Shown in pieces: positions 46,399 through 55,393 of a stretch of DNA of 64,000 nt; position 1 is the stretch's first letter; each line of letters begins with the position of its first letter. The stretch comes from Candidatus Altiarchaeales archaeon. GTDB taxonomy: Archaea > Altiarchaeota > Altiarchaeia > IMC4 > QMZM01. Location: contig CAVVMY010000015.1 of assembly GCA_963749405.1 (NCBI GenBank), positions 287 to 64,286 on the forward strand. Direction: 5' to 3'. The notes below the pieces were generated by a model. That model saw nothing but the letters and a program-made list of their open reading frames with translations, was not told the origin of the DNA and did not search any database. Both the position numbers and the translations under genes were made by a program.

Positions 46399-47007
46399 AT
46401 GGAAGAAATAAAACTATTCGGCAAATGGGACTACAAAACAGTCGAAGTAAAAGACCCGGGGATAAGACAATACGTATCCCTTAACCCGGTATACCTGCCC
46501 ATAACATCAGGCAGACTAATCGGCAAACAATTCAGCAAAAGCAAGATGAACATAGTCGAACGCCTCACCAACAAACTAATGAGAAGCGGCCAGGGAACAA
46601 AAAAAGTCGCAGGCCGATACATAAGAGGCGGAGGAGCAACAGGCAAAAAACAAAACGCCCTAAACATAGTCAAAGCAGCATTCGAAATAGTAGAAAAAAG
46701 AACAGGCAAAAACCCAATACAAGTACTAGTAGACGCGATCGAAAAATCCGGACCAGGCGAAGAAACCACAGTCATCATATACGGAGGAATAAAATACCAC
46801 CAAGCAGTCGACGTATCCGCGCAGAGACGCGTAGACTTCGGCCTCAAATATATTACGCTCGGAGCATTCGCAACAGCATTCAACTCACCCAAGAAGATAG
46901 AAGAATGCCTCGCAGACGAGATAGTATGGGCATCGACGTCTGATTCGAAGAGCTATGCGATCCAGAGAAAAGAGGAAACCGAAAGAATAGCAAGGTCTGC
47001 GAGATAA
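46399..47007 (+). CDS. rps7: 30S ribosomal protein uS7
   Basis: The start is taken at MEEIKLFGKW. Supporting motifs are NIVERLTNKLM, GKNPIQVLVDAIEKSGP.EETT and SYAIQRKEETERIARSAR. The track ORF start at 46270 overlaps rps14. Confidence 0.9.
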   Translation: MEEIKLFGKWDYKTVEVKDPGIRQYVSLNPVYLPITSGRLIGKQFSKSKMNIVERLTNKLMRSGQGTKKVAGRYIRGGGATGKKQNALNIVKAAFEIVEKRTGKNPIQVLVDAIEKSGPGEETTVIIYGGIKYHQAVDVSAQRRVDFGLKYITLGAFATAFNSPKKIEECLADEIVWASTSDSKSYAIQRKEETERIARSAR

Positions 47008-47098
47008 ATATCCTCTCTTTTTCATTTGTTTTTTTATCTAAGCGGTTAGTATAAATTCTTTCTTTCGTCTTTTTAATTAGTCTGCTTAATATAATCCT

Positions 47099-47527
47099 AT
47101 GAGCCCTAGTTATTTTCTTATAATAATCGCCCTCGTCTATCTCCTGTTCTTCGGCCTGAGTTTCATTACCCAGTTCATTTGCCTATGGAAGCTGTCTAAA
47201 TCCCTGAAATTCAAGAAAGTCGATTATATGACCGCACTTGTCGTATCGCTCATCGGCACAGCAATCGGGATAGTCTTACAAATTATCTATGAACTGCTAA
47301 GTGCATCGATTAACCCAATGATCTCGTATATAATACTGCAATCCATTGGTCTGATGGTCTTCATAGCACTTGTAAAACAATTCTACAAGGAGAACTGGAA
47401 GAAAACAATCACTATAAGCCTTATAGTATTCGCGATAGAACTTGCAGTCGTGCTCCTGTTCTCTTTTCTAATCAGTTTTTTCTTGGGGAAGGTAGAAACG
47501 ACAGAGACGTTTATCAAAGATTACTAA
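47099..47527 (+). CDS. small 4-TM membrane protein, unknown function
   Basis: 142 aa with four hydrophobic helices. I recognise no family motif. Confidence 0.4.
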   Translation: MSPSYFLIIIALVYLLFFGLSFITQFICLWKLSKSLKFKKVDYMTALVVSLIGTAIGIVLQIIYELLSASINPMISYIILQSIGLMVFIALVKQFYKENWKKTITISLIVFAIELAVVLLFSFLISFFLGKVETTETFIKDY

Positions 47528-48402
47528 ACTAGGTTCAATTCTCCAAGTTCCTTCCTTATCCTCTCCTCTGTCTCCTTTTTCACCGGAACAAGAGGAAGCC
47601 TCGGGTTCCCTGCTGCAAGCCCCATCATGTTCATCGCCGCCTTCACAGGTGACGGGCTGGTCTCTATGAAGAGGACTTTGGACAGATTGAAGAGCTTATA
47701 GTGCATCTCCTTTGCCTTCCTGTGGTCGCCCTTCAGTGCAGCATTGATTAGTTCTCCCATCTCTTTTGGAGCGACATTGCTGACTACCGATATCGCTCCT
47801 CTTCCTCCGAGGCACATTATCGGATAATTCAAGGCATCCTCTCCTGACAATACGACAAAGTCTTTTCCGCAGAGCATGATCTCCTTTGTTATCTGTTCCA
47901 GGCTGCCTGATGCGTCCTTTACGCCTATTATGTTCTTTATAGCGGAAAGCCTCTTCATGGTGTCTGGCTCGATGTTGACTACTGTCCTGCTTGGGACCGT
48001 GTAGACGATTATCGGTATGTCTACTTCCTCTGCGACCTTCTTGTAGTGCTGATAGACCCCTTCCTGTGTTGGCTTGTTGTAGTAGGGCGTTATCATCAAA
48101 GCTGCGTCTGCGCCTGCATCTTTGGCATATTTTGTGTACTCTATCGCTTCTGCCGTGCTGTTGCTGCCTGTCCCGGCCAGAACCTGGATCCTGCCGTTTG
48201 CTTCATCGACTGCTATGTCTATTACTTTTTTGTGCTCTTTCTCAGTAAGCGTGGCAGACTCGCCGGTGGTCCCTACCGGTACTATCCCCGCGACATTGTT
48301 TTCCGTCTGGTGGCGGATGTTCGCCCTCAGCCCTTCTTCGTCGAGTGCATTATTCTTGGAAAATGGCGTGACGATGGCCGTGTACAGTCCTTCTATTTTC
48401 AT
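47524..48402 (-). CDS. dapA: 4-hydroxy-tetrahydrodipicolinate synthase
   Basis: 292 aa with motifs GIVPVGTTGES, ITPYYNKPTQEG and IIGVKDASG. Confidence 0.9.
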   Translation of the reverse strand: MKIEGLYTAIVTPFSKNNALDEEGLRANIRHQTENNVAGIVPVGTTGESATLTEKEHKKVIDIAVDEANGRIQVLAGTGSNSTAEAIEYTKYAKDAGADAALMITPYYNKPTQEGVYQHYKKVAEEVDIPIIVYTVPSRTVVNIEPDTMKRLSAIKNIIGVKDASGSLEQITKEIMLCGKDFVVLSGEDALNYPIMCLGGRGAISVVSNVAPKEMGELINAALKGDHRKAKEMHYKLFNLSKVLFIETSPSPVKAAMNMMGLAAGNPRLPLVPVKKETEERIRKELGELNLV

Positions 48403-48453
48403 TTACATTCCTCAAAGTCTTATATATAGTTAAATTAAGGAATAAAAGACAGA

Positions 48454-49104
48454 ATGAAAGAGATTTTTCCCGGCGTATACAAGCTCAAAGGCGGCATAGC
48501 TACACAGAACTATACCCCTGGTTTCCGGGTCTATGACGAGAAACTTTTGAAGATGGAAGGCTCTGAGTACAGGACATGGGACCCGTTGAGGAGCAAACTT
48601 GCGGCAGCCATAATGAACGGCCTAGCAGAGTTTCCATTTAAAAGAAACTCCAATGTGCTGTATCTCGGCGCATCCTCAGGCACGACCCCAAGCCACATAT
48701 CCGACATCTGCCCGGACGGCACCATATACGCTATCGAATATGCCAAGAGGATGATGCGCAACCTCTACATAGTCTGCGGAAAAAAGAAGAACATGATCCC
48801 AATACTCGGAGATGCCAGGTTCCCGGAAAGGTATGCGCAGACAATCGGCCCGGTGGACGTCATTTACCAGGACATAGCGCAGCCGAATCAGGCCGAGATA
48901 CTCCTCAAGAACGCAGAGAAGTTCTCTCCCAGATACGCGATGCTTGCAATCAAGTCTCGGAGCATAAATGCCGTGAAGAGCCCAAAACAGGTATTCAGGG
49001 AAGAGACCGACAAACTGCGCAGCAAATTCGACATACTGCAGACCATTGATCTGCAGCCCTACGACAAAGACCACATCCTTTTGAACCTTAAGGTAAGAAA
49101 ATAA
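48454..49104 (+). CDS. flpA: fibrillarin-like rRNA/tRNA 2-prime-O-methyltransferase
   Basis: 216 aa with motifs YR.WDP.RSKLAAAI..GL, VLYLGASSGTT.SH.SD and D.IYQDIAQPNQAEI. Confidence 0.9.
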   Translation: MKEIFPGVYKLKGGIATQNYTPGFRVYDEKLLKMEGSEYRTWDPLRSKLAAAIMNGLAEFPFKRNSNVLYLGASSGTTPSHISDICPDGTIYAIEYAKRMMRNLYIVCGKKKNMIPILGDARFPERYAQTIGPVDVIYQDIAQPNQAEILLKNAEKFSPRYAMLAIKSRSINAVKSPKQVFREETDKLRSKFDILQTIDLQPYDKDHILLNLKVRK

Positions 49105-49110
49105 TGTCTT

Positions 49111-50184
49111 TCAGATGCCTTTCTTCATGTAGACGTTCCTGCTTGGGTAGGCGATGTCTATCCCCTCCTCTTTGTATCTCTGGTGCAGTGCCTTGATGAA
49201 TTCATGCACTGCTATTTCTTTGGCCGAAAAGTTCTTCACGTGCAGGGTCACTTCGAAGTCGATGTTGGAGTCGTTGAATTTCTTAAACCTCACAAAAGGA
49301 GCTGATTCAACCTTGCCGTCCGACAGCTTCTCAAGAACTTTCCTCGCCTCATCCAATGTAACCTCCTCAACCTTCCGAAGATCTGAGTCGTACCCTACCC
49401 CGCAGGAGATCTTCACTCCTGTCTCCACCTCCGGCTGGTTGTAGTTGGTCAGGATCATATCTGCAAGCTTTGAATTGGGGAGTATGACCAGGTCGTTGGT
49501 CAATGTGCGGATACTTGCAGACCTCCAGCCGATCTTTTCCACGTGGCCCTGTAGTCCGTTTTCCAGTTGTATGTAGTCGCCGAGTACTACTGAGCGGTCG
49601 GACGTTATATACAAGCCTGCCAGATAGTTTGAAAGAGTGCTCTGCAGGGCGAGCGCCACCGCCAGACCTCCTATCCCAAGGCTTGCTATCAGAGGGGTTA
49701 CTTCCACATGGAAGGCCGCCAGAACCAGGAGAAAGCATAACACGTAGATAAGGGAATTGATTATCTTGTTTAGGTTCTGTATTATCGTCTTTTCAAAAAC
49801 GTCTGATTTGTTTTTCTCCATGCGTAAGCGGAAAAAGACATTGACGATCGTGGTTGCGACGACTCCGCCCCAGATTATTCCCAGGGCCTTGAACAGGTCC
49901 GCTATTTCTCCGTGGTATTTCTCAAGGATGGAAAGAGAGTCAAGCGATAAGTAGAGGCCGAGCAGGATGATTGCCGCATAAACCGGTTTTTCCACGCTTT
50001 CCAGTATCTTTTCGTCGAAGCTGCTCTTCCTCCTTCTAAGCATCTCAGGTATGTGCTTTACGACGATGAGATAGAAAAGCCTGGCAATTATCACTGAAAT
50101 TAGCAAGACAAGCAACGCTACCAATATGTCCGAGTACTGGCTTGGTATGCCATAGGCCGAAGCATCTATGCTAAAATCTGCCAT
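49111..50184 (-). CDS. mscS: MscS-family mechanosensitive channel
   Basis: 357 aa with N-terminal TM helices. The MscS beta-domain reads ...LGDYIQLENGLQGHVEKIGWRSASIRTLTNDLVILPNSKLA. Confidence 0.8.
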   Translation of the reverse strand: MADFSIDASAYGIPSQYSDILVALLVLLISVIIARLFYLIVVKHIPEMLRRRKSSFDEKILESVEKPVYAAIILLGLYLSLDSLSILEKYHGEIADLFKALGIIWGGVVATTIVNVFFRLRMEKNKSDVFEKTIIQNLNKIINSLIYVLCFLLVLAAFHVEVTPLIASLGIGGLAVALALQSTLSNYLAGLYITSDRSVVLGDYIQLENGLQGHVEKIGWRSASIRTLTNDLVILPNSKLADMILTNYNQPEVETGVKISCGVGYDSDLRKVEEVTLDEARKVLEKLSDGKVESAPFVRFKKFNDSNIDFEVTLHVKNFSAKEIAVHEFIKALHQRYKEEGIDIAYPSRNVYMKKGI

Positions 50185-50223
50185 TATTAGATATAATAAC
50201 GGTGATGTATAAATCTATTAAGA

Positions 50224-51042
50224 ATGGCCATGCTCAGCGTTCTAGAAGAGTCTTTGAAACTTCTCTACAAGAAGCCCAAGATGTTCCTGCCTAACATGAC
50301 CGTAGCCGTGCTATATGCGATACTAGAATTGATACTGCTCAAACTAAGCATAGAACTGTTTGGAAACATGGCACCGCCCACACAGGAAGACCTGCGCAGG
50401 ATAGCTTATTCCAACCTGCCCGTTATCATCACGGTATTAGCGGCTTATCCGTTCCTGGCAGCACTTGACCTCATAAGCTATGCTATGTATCCGTCTCTGG
50501 TATCAGACCATTATAATGGAAAAGACATAAGCCTGGGCAGAGCCCTCAAAGCAGCTATCAAAGCCTGGAGACTATGGGTCAGCCTGGGACTCGTAATACT
50601 ACTATTCATCCTATGCGTAACTCCAATCTTTTCTCTATTCATAGTAATCAACTACCTCACCCAGAACCCCATGTTTTTCGCTATCGGAATTATCCTACTC
50701 CTGGCAGCGATCATGCTGCTGATGCTGGCCATATTCTTCGTCATGCCCATCGGGATCATAGAAAAAGAAAAGACCCTGGATAGTTTCAGGAAGAGCTATG
50801 CTCTTGGGAAAAAGAATAAAAAAGGAGTTATTGCCCTTGTATTGTTCTCCTCGGGCGTGATACTGGCCGCATTCTTTATAGGAAGCAGCCCAAGTGTATC
50901 GTCTAATGCCGGCCTTACATATCTCGCAATAGCAGTTTTCATGTTGGTAAAAATGATGCAATCCACGATCTACACATATATTTCAGTGGTCAATCCATAT
51001 TTCTATCTGGATATCAGGAAAAGATCAACAACCACGCCCTAA
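50224..51042 (+). CDS. polytopic membrane protein, unknown function
   Basis: 272 aa with about 6 TM helices. The stop codon sits in the loop of a hairpin (51032-51052). Confidence 0.4.
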   Translation: MAMLSVLEESLKLLYKKPKMFLPNMTVAVLYAILELILLKLSIELFGNMAPPTQEDLRRIAYSNLPVIITVLAAYPFLAALDLISYAMYPSLVSDHYNGKDISLGRALKAAIKAWRLWVSLGLVILLFILCVTPIFSLFIVINYLTQNPMFFAIGIILLLAAIMLLMLAIFFVMPIGIIEKEKTLDSFRKSYALGKKNKKGVIALVLFSSGVILAAFFIGSSPSVSSNAGLTYLAIAVFMLVKMMQSTIYTYISVVNPYFYLDIRKRSTTTP

Positions 51043-51146
51043 AAGGGCGTGGTATGTGATATACAAACACGCATAATAATAATCATTCAAAGAGGTGTAA
51101 ACGCAAGAACCTCGGCCTAAAGGCCGAAGTATCTTGCGTGTTTGTA
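51032..51146. repeat. nested GC-rich hairpin element related to the 5239-5280 unit
   Basis: Three pairings were read directly:
- CCACGCCC/taaaa/GGGCGTGG at 51032-51052
- TACAAACACGCA (51062-51073) with TGCGTGTTTGTA (51135-51146)
- the inner stem ACGCAAGA-..-TCGGCC/taaa/GGCCGA-..-TCTTGCGT at 51101-51139. Confidence 0.7.
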
Positions 51147-52436
51147 ATGAAAGTAACAGATTACTTCGGAAAGGAGGTAAAGAACATAGAACGGGCTTCG
51201 CACGTAGGCATATACTCCACTGCAGACCATGAGACGATAACGACAGTTGCTTCCATAATCCGCGACGTCATAGATAAAAAGGACAAGGCACTGTTCGAAT
51301 ACACAAAAAAATTTGACAGGTTCGATCTAACATCCAGGAATATCCGGGTTACAAGAAATGAGATAGAATCGGCATATTCCCGGACAGACGATTCATTGAT
51401 AGCGGCGCTGGAGCACGCTCACAGGAACATAAAAAAGTTCCACAGTGAACAGTTCAGGATTATAAAGAAGCGTTGGGAAATTGAAACAGAAGCAGGCGTA
51501 TTGATAGCAGAAAGAACGAATGCTCTGGAAAGCATCGGCGCATACATACCGGGCGGAAGGGCTACGTACCCTTCAACAGTTTTGATGGCCTGCACGCCGG
51601 CCAAGGTCGCAGGAGTTGAAAGAATCGTGGTAACATCTCCTCCCCCCATATCAGACGCCATACTCGCAGCATGCCGTATCTGTGAAGTGGATGAAGTCTA
51701 CCGCGTAGGCGGAGCCCAGGCGGTTGCGGCTCTTGCAGCCGGAACGGAAAGCATCGAAAAAGTCGATAAAATAGTTGGCCCCGGCAACAAATACGTAAAT
51801 ACTGCAAAGCTTTCAGTATATGGGATGGTGGATATAGACATGCCGGCAGGCCCGTCGGAGATCATGATAATAGCGGACCGAAAAGCGAGTCCAAAGCTCG
51901 TCGCCGCGGATATCCTGGCGCAGGCGGAGCACGACCCCGACGCTAGATGCGTTCTTATCACCGACACAAGAGAGAAAGAAGAGGAGGTAAGAAAGGAGCT
52001 TGAATCACAGAAAACGCATCTTAAGAGAATATCCATCATACAAAAAAGCCTGGAGAAAAACTTTCTCGTATGCAGGACCCGGGGAATAGACGAATCCATA
52101 GACACTGCCAACATGCTTGCGCCTGAACACTTGGAGATTTTCACGGAAAACGCAGATACCGTAGCTCAGAAAATAAGGAATGCGGGAACGATATTTGTCG
52201 GAGAATACTCTCCGGTTTCTGCCGGGGACTATGCAACCGGAAGCAATCACGTACTACCTACCGGGATGGCGGCGAGGTTTTCCTCAAGTCTTGGCGTCAG
52301 GGACTTTTTGAAAAATTACACCACCCAGAAAATATCAAGGCAAGGTTTGCTTGCACTGAGAAAAACAATAGAAACATTGGCATCGGCCGAGTCTCTGGAC
52401 GCGCATGCTCAATCAGTGCGTAAAAGATTTGAATAG
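51147..52436 (+). CDS. hisD: histidinol dehydrogenase
   Basis: About 429 aa from MKVTDYF. Supporting motifs are GAYIPGGRA.YPS, IVGPGNKYV, AGPSEI, QAEHD and GDY..G.NHVLPT. The track start (GTG 51138) lies inside the repeat. Confidence 0.9.
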   Translation: MKVTDYFGKEVKNIERASHVGIYSTADHETITTVASIIRDVIDKKDKALFEYTKKFDRFDLTSRNIRVTRNEIESAYSRTDDSLIAALEHAHRNIKKFHSEQFRIIKKRWEIETEAGVLIAERTNALESIGAYIPGGRATYPSTVLMACTPAKVAGVERIVVTSPPPISDAILAACRICEVDEVYRVGGAQAVAALAAGTESIEKVDKIVGPGNKYVNTAKLSVYGMVDIDMPAGPSEIMIIADRKASPKLVAADILAQAEHDPDARCVLITDTREKEEEVRKELESQKTHLKRISIIQKSLEKNFLVCRTRGIDESIDTANMLAPEHLEIFTENADTVAQKIRNAGTIFVGEYSPVSAGDYATGSNHVLPTGMAARFSSSLGVRDFLKNYTTQKISRQGLLALRKTIETLASAESLDAHAQSVRKRFE

Positions 52437-52533
52437 TATACTAACCCTATGAGGTCACAGTCTGCTTTTTAAAGCCGTATACGTATGTATAGTAACACTA
52501 TAAAGGTAATATAAAACGAGGTGAAAAAAGAAA

Positions 52534-52710
52534 ATGGCTGATTTGCTGGTCGTAAAGGCCAAGATAAAGGATGTGAAGGGACTGGAAGACATGAACGTTG
52601 CAGGAGATTTCGCGGAAGCCCTGAGCGCAAAGGTCGAGACCCTCATAAAGGATGCTGCTGCAAGAGCGGCTGCCAACGGCAGAAAAACCGTGCAGTCAAA
52701 AGACCTCTAA
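52534..52710 (+). CDS. DUF1931-type small histone-fold protein
   Basis: This 58-aa ORF is below the track cutoff: MADLLVVKAKIKDVKGLEDMNVAGDFAEALSAKVETLIKDAAARAAANGRKTVQSKDL. The ending ...A...A..NGRKTV...D resembles the histone-fold helix 3 signature. An A-rich, GAGGTG-containing leader precedes it. Confidence 0.55.
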   Translation: MADLLVVKAKIKDVKGLEDMNVAGDFAEALSAKVETLIKDAAARAAANGRKTVQSKDL

Positions 52711-52792
52711 GAGGCTTGATAGCTGCCCATTAATCTTTTTCTTTTTTTAATCCAATTCTTTTTCAATTCTAATAATCATACATCAATGTAAA

Positions 52793-53380
52793 ATGATCGG
52801 CATAGTCTCAGACTCCCACGATAATCTACCGGCCATAAGGCAGGCCGTGGAATTCATGAACTCACAGGGCGTGTCTATGGTCCTGCATGCTGGCGATTAT
52901 GTCGCTCCCTTCACGGTAAGAGAATTCAAGAATTTGAAATCCCCTTTGTATGGAGTCTTCGGAAACAACGACGGAGAAAGAAAAGGCCTGATGCGCGCGT
53001 TTTCCGAGATGGGTGCCGAACTTAAAGAGTTTGTAGAGATCACGCACGAAGGCAGGAAGATAGCATTGTATCATGGAACGATAACGGAATTTATCTCGGC
53101 TCTCATATCCGGCGGAGAATACGACGCCGTCGTCAGGGGGCACACTCACCAGCCCGAAGTGAAAAAAGAAGGAAATACCTTGGTTATCAATCCCGGAGAA
53201 CTATGCGGGTATCTGACCGGGAAAAAGACTGTTTGCTTGCTTGACCTTTCCACAATGGAAGCAACCATTCACGAAATAGGCGAAAAACAGGAAGTCACGC
53301 CTGAGAACAAACAGGAAACTACGCAGGCTCCTTCCCCGGAAACTGAAAAAGAAAAAAGACAAGATGATACTGTCAGCTGA
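52793..53380 (+). CDS. MJ0936/YfcE-family metallophosphoesterase with acidic/Thr-rich C-terminal tail
   Basis: 195 aa with motifs GIVSDSHDN, HAGD, FGNNDGE and RGHTHQP. Confidence 0.75.
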   Translation: MIGIVSDSHDNLPAIRQAVEFMNSQGVSMVLHAGDYVAPFTVREFKNLKSPLYGVFGNNDGERKGLMRAFSEMGAELKEFVEITHEGRKIALYHGTITEFISALISGGEYDAVVRGHTHQPEVKKEGNTLVINPGELCGYLTGKKTVCLLDLSTMEATIHEIGEKQEVTPENKQETTQAPSPETEKEKRQDDTVS

Positions 53381-53852
53381 GAAAATAAAGAGTCTCGTAT
53401 CTGAGGAAAAACTCATAGAGGGTTTCAGCGAAAAATCCCTTAACGGCGCAGGATACGACCTGCGCGTCGGCCGGTTCTACAAGATCCGGGGAGATGCCTG
53501 CCTTGGAATAGAAAATCGTGTTCTCCCGGAGGCTGATGAAATAAAATCAGAGGAAATAACCCTGAAACCTGACGAGTATCTGCTCATAGAGACGCAAGAG
53601 CGGGTGCATATGCCAAAGAACATAATGGCCCGCATACTCCCCCGCTCCACACTCTTCCGCGCAGGATGCGCTCTGATAACCGCGGTCGTAGACCCCGGCT
53701 ACTACGGGACACTCACAATGGGCTTAAAAAACCTCTCAGGAGCAAGTTTGCGGCTGGAGAAAGGAGCAAGGATCGGTCAGATAGTCTTCGAGGAAGTGTC
53801 AGGCGAGGCCACGTCATATAACGGCCGCTATCAGGGGGGGAAGGTCGTATAG
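53364..53852 (+). CDS. dcd: dCTP deaminase / dUTPase-family protein
   Basis: 162 aa with motifs GAGYDLRVG, ...G.AL.TAVVDPGY.G.LT and GARIGQIVF. Confidence 0.8.
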   Translation: MILSAEKIKSLVSEEKLIEGFSEKSLNGAGYDLRVGRFYKIRGDACLGIENRVLPEADEIKSEEITLKPDEYLLIETQERVHMPKNIMARILPRSTLFRAGCALITAVVDPGYYGTLTMGLKNLSGASLRLEKGARIGQIVFEEVSGEATSYNGRYQGGKVV

Positions 53853-53869
53853 GACCATACGCTTATTTA

Positions 53870-54406
53870 ATGTCAAGTTCTTATGTTTTAACAATAGAAA
53901 TGGACTATAGAAACCTTTTTTTGGTTTTGGCAATCTCATCTTTGGTATTCTTGTGCGGATGCACCAGCAAAGTATGTCCTGAGCCGAATTCGACCGTTGG
54001 AGACAAATGCTGTCTTGACGCTGACGGAAACGGTATATGCGATGTGGACGAGACCACCACAACTACCACCACAACTACTACAACAACCACTACGACCACC
54101 ACGACCTCGACCACTAAGGCTACGACCACCACGACAACAACGACCTCCTCGACCACCAGCACCACGTCAGTGAAAGACCTATGCGGCGAGCCCTGCTGCA
54201 TAAAGGAATACCTATCCGGTGAATGCGGCATGTACGGAAAAATCGATTTGGTGTGCATCAACGCGACTGCGCTTTACGAATGCGACAACAACGCCACGCT
54301 GAGATGCGCCCAAGGATATGCCTGCAAGATGAGCACGACCGGAGGGCACTGTGTAAGTTCGGGGGAAAAGACCGTTCTGAACACAAACAATGACGGGTTA
54401 AGGTAA
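53870..54406 (+). CDS. lipobox-bearing secreted Cys-rich protein with long poly-Thr linker
   Basis: The probable start is MDYRNLF (ATG 53900). LVFLCGC resembles a lipobox. A run of about 45 residues is almost entirely Thr/Ser. The flanking modules are Cys-rich. Confidence 0.5.
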   Translation: MSSSYVLTIEMDYRNLFLVLAISSLVFLCGCTSKVCPEPNSTVGDKCCLDADGNGICDVDETTTTTTTTTTTTTTTTTTSTTKATTTTTTTTSSTTSTTSVKDLCGEPCCIKEYLSGECGMYGKIDLVCINATALYECDNNATLRCAQGYACKMSTTGGHCVSSGEKTVLNTNNDGLR

Positions 54407-54490
54407 TCTTTTTTTATTAATTTCATTAATAAAACCGTATTTTTCTATTGTTTTTTTTGAGATTTAATCGTTTAATCTACTAATTACTAT

Positions 54491-55372
54491 ATGAAAGACC
54501 GCATCGCCACTCTTAGACGCCTCCTCGAAGACTCGGTAAAGAGGTCCTGCGCCAAAGAAGTAGGAGCAGTCTACTCCTCCGGGATCGACTCGGCTATTGT
54601 CACTTTTTTTGCGTCAAGGTACTGCGACGTAACCGCTTACACGGTAGGTGCTAAGGGCTCGGAAGACGTCAGATTCTCAAGAAAGTCGCAGCAGGATGCG
54701 GATTTCAAGATAAGGATCATCGAGATAGACGAATCCGACGTGGAGAAAATACTGCCGGATCTTGTGAAAATAGTCGGAGTTCCGGATTCTCTGAAGGTCT
54801 CAGTCGGCGTCCCGTTGTATTTTGCTGCGCGGGAAGCAAAAAAGGACAGGCTTTCTGTCATGCTGTCCGGGCAGGGAGGAGACGAACTGTTCGGAGGATA
54901 TAACCGTTATCTTGCTCATGCGGCAAAAGGCGATCACGCAAGCCTCAGGGCTGCGATGCAAAAAGACGTGGACACCGCCTACATAGACAACCTCGATCGG
55001 GACATGGCCATATTCAGGGCCTTCGGTATTGACCTGCGTTTTCCCTACATGGACGAAGCGTTCGGCAAATACGCGTCAAGCCTCCCTTCGAAGTTGAAGA
55101 TATACGAGCTTGTGGAAGGCATGGAAGAGGAATTCGCATGCGTGGACGTGGTGGACAAAAAAAGATTCATACGCAAGTATCTGCTGAGGCATCTGGCGGC
55201 GGACATCGGCGTTCCGGGATACATCCTTGACCGCAAGAAGAAAGCAGCCCAATACGGTTCAGAGGCCGAGAAGCTTATAGACAGGATAGCCAGGAAAAAC
55301 GGATACAAGAAGAAAGCCGAAGAAGCAAAAAGAAAGGACTACATGCGGATGTATTTGGAATCGCTCGTTTAG
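54491..55372 (+). CDS. asparagine-synthase-like PP-loop ATPase (synthetase domain only, no glutaminase domain)
   Basis: 293 aa with motifs VGAVYSSGIDSAIV (SGGxDS variant) and LSGQGGDELFGGYNRY. Confidence 0.55.
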   Translation: MKDRIATLRRLLEDSVKRSCAKEVGAVYSSGIDSAIVTFFASRYCDVTAYTVGAKGSEDVRFSRKSQQDADFKIRIIEIDESDVEKILPDLVKIVGVPDSLKVSVGVPLYFAAREAKKDRLSVMLSGQGGDELFGGYNRYLAHAAKGDHASLRAAMQKDVDTAYIDNLDRDMAIFRAFGIDLRFPYMDEAFGKYASSLPSKLKIYELVEGMEEEFACVDVVDKKRFIRKYLLRHLAADIGVPGYILDRKKKAAQYGSEAEKLIDRIARKNGYKKKAEEAKRKDYMRMYLESLV

Positions 55373-55393
55373 TTCTGAGCAGCAAAACCATTT

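Noticed and set aside
52455-52676. 73-aa minus-strand ORF from the track
   Set aside because: The plus strand at 52534..52710 encodes a recognisable histone-fold-like mini-protein. The minus ORF is its Ala/Ser-rich shadow.
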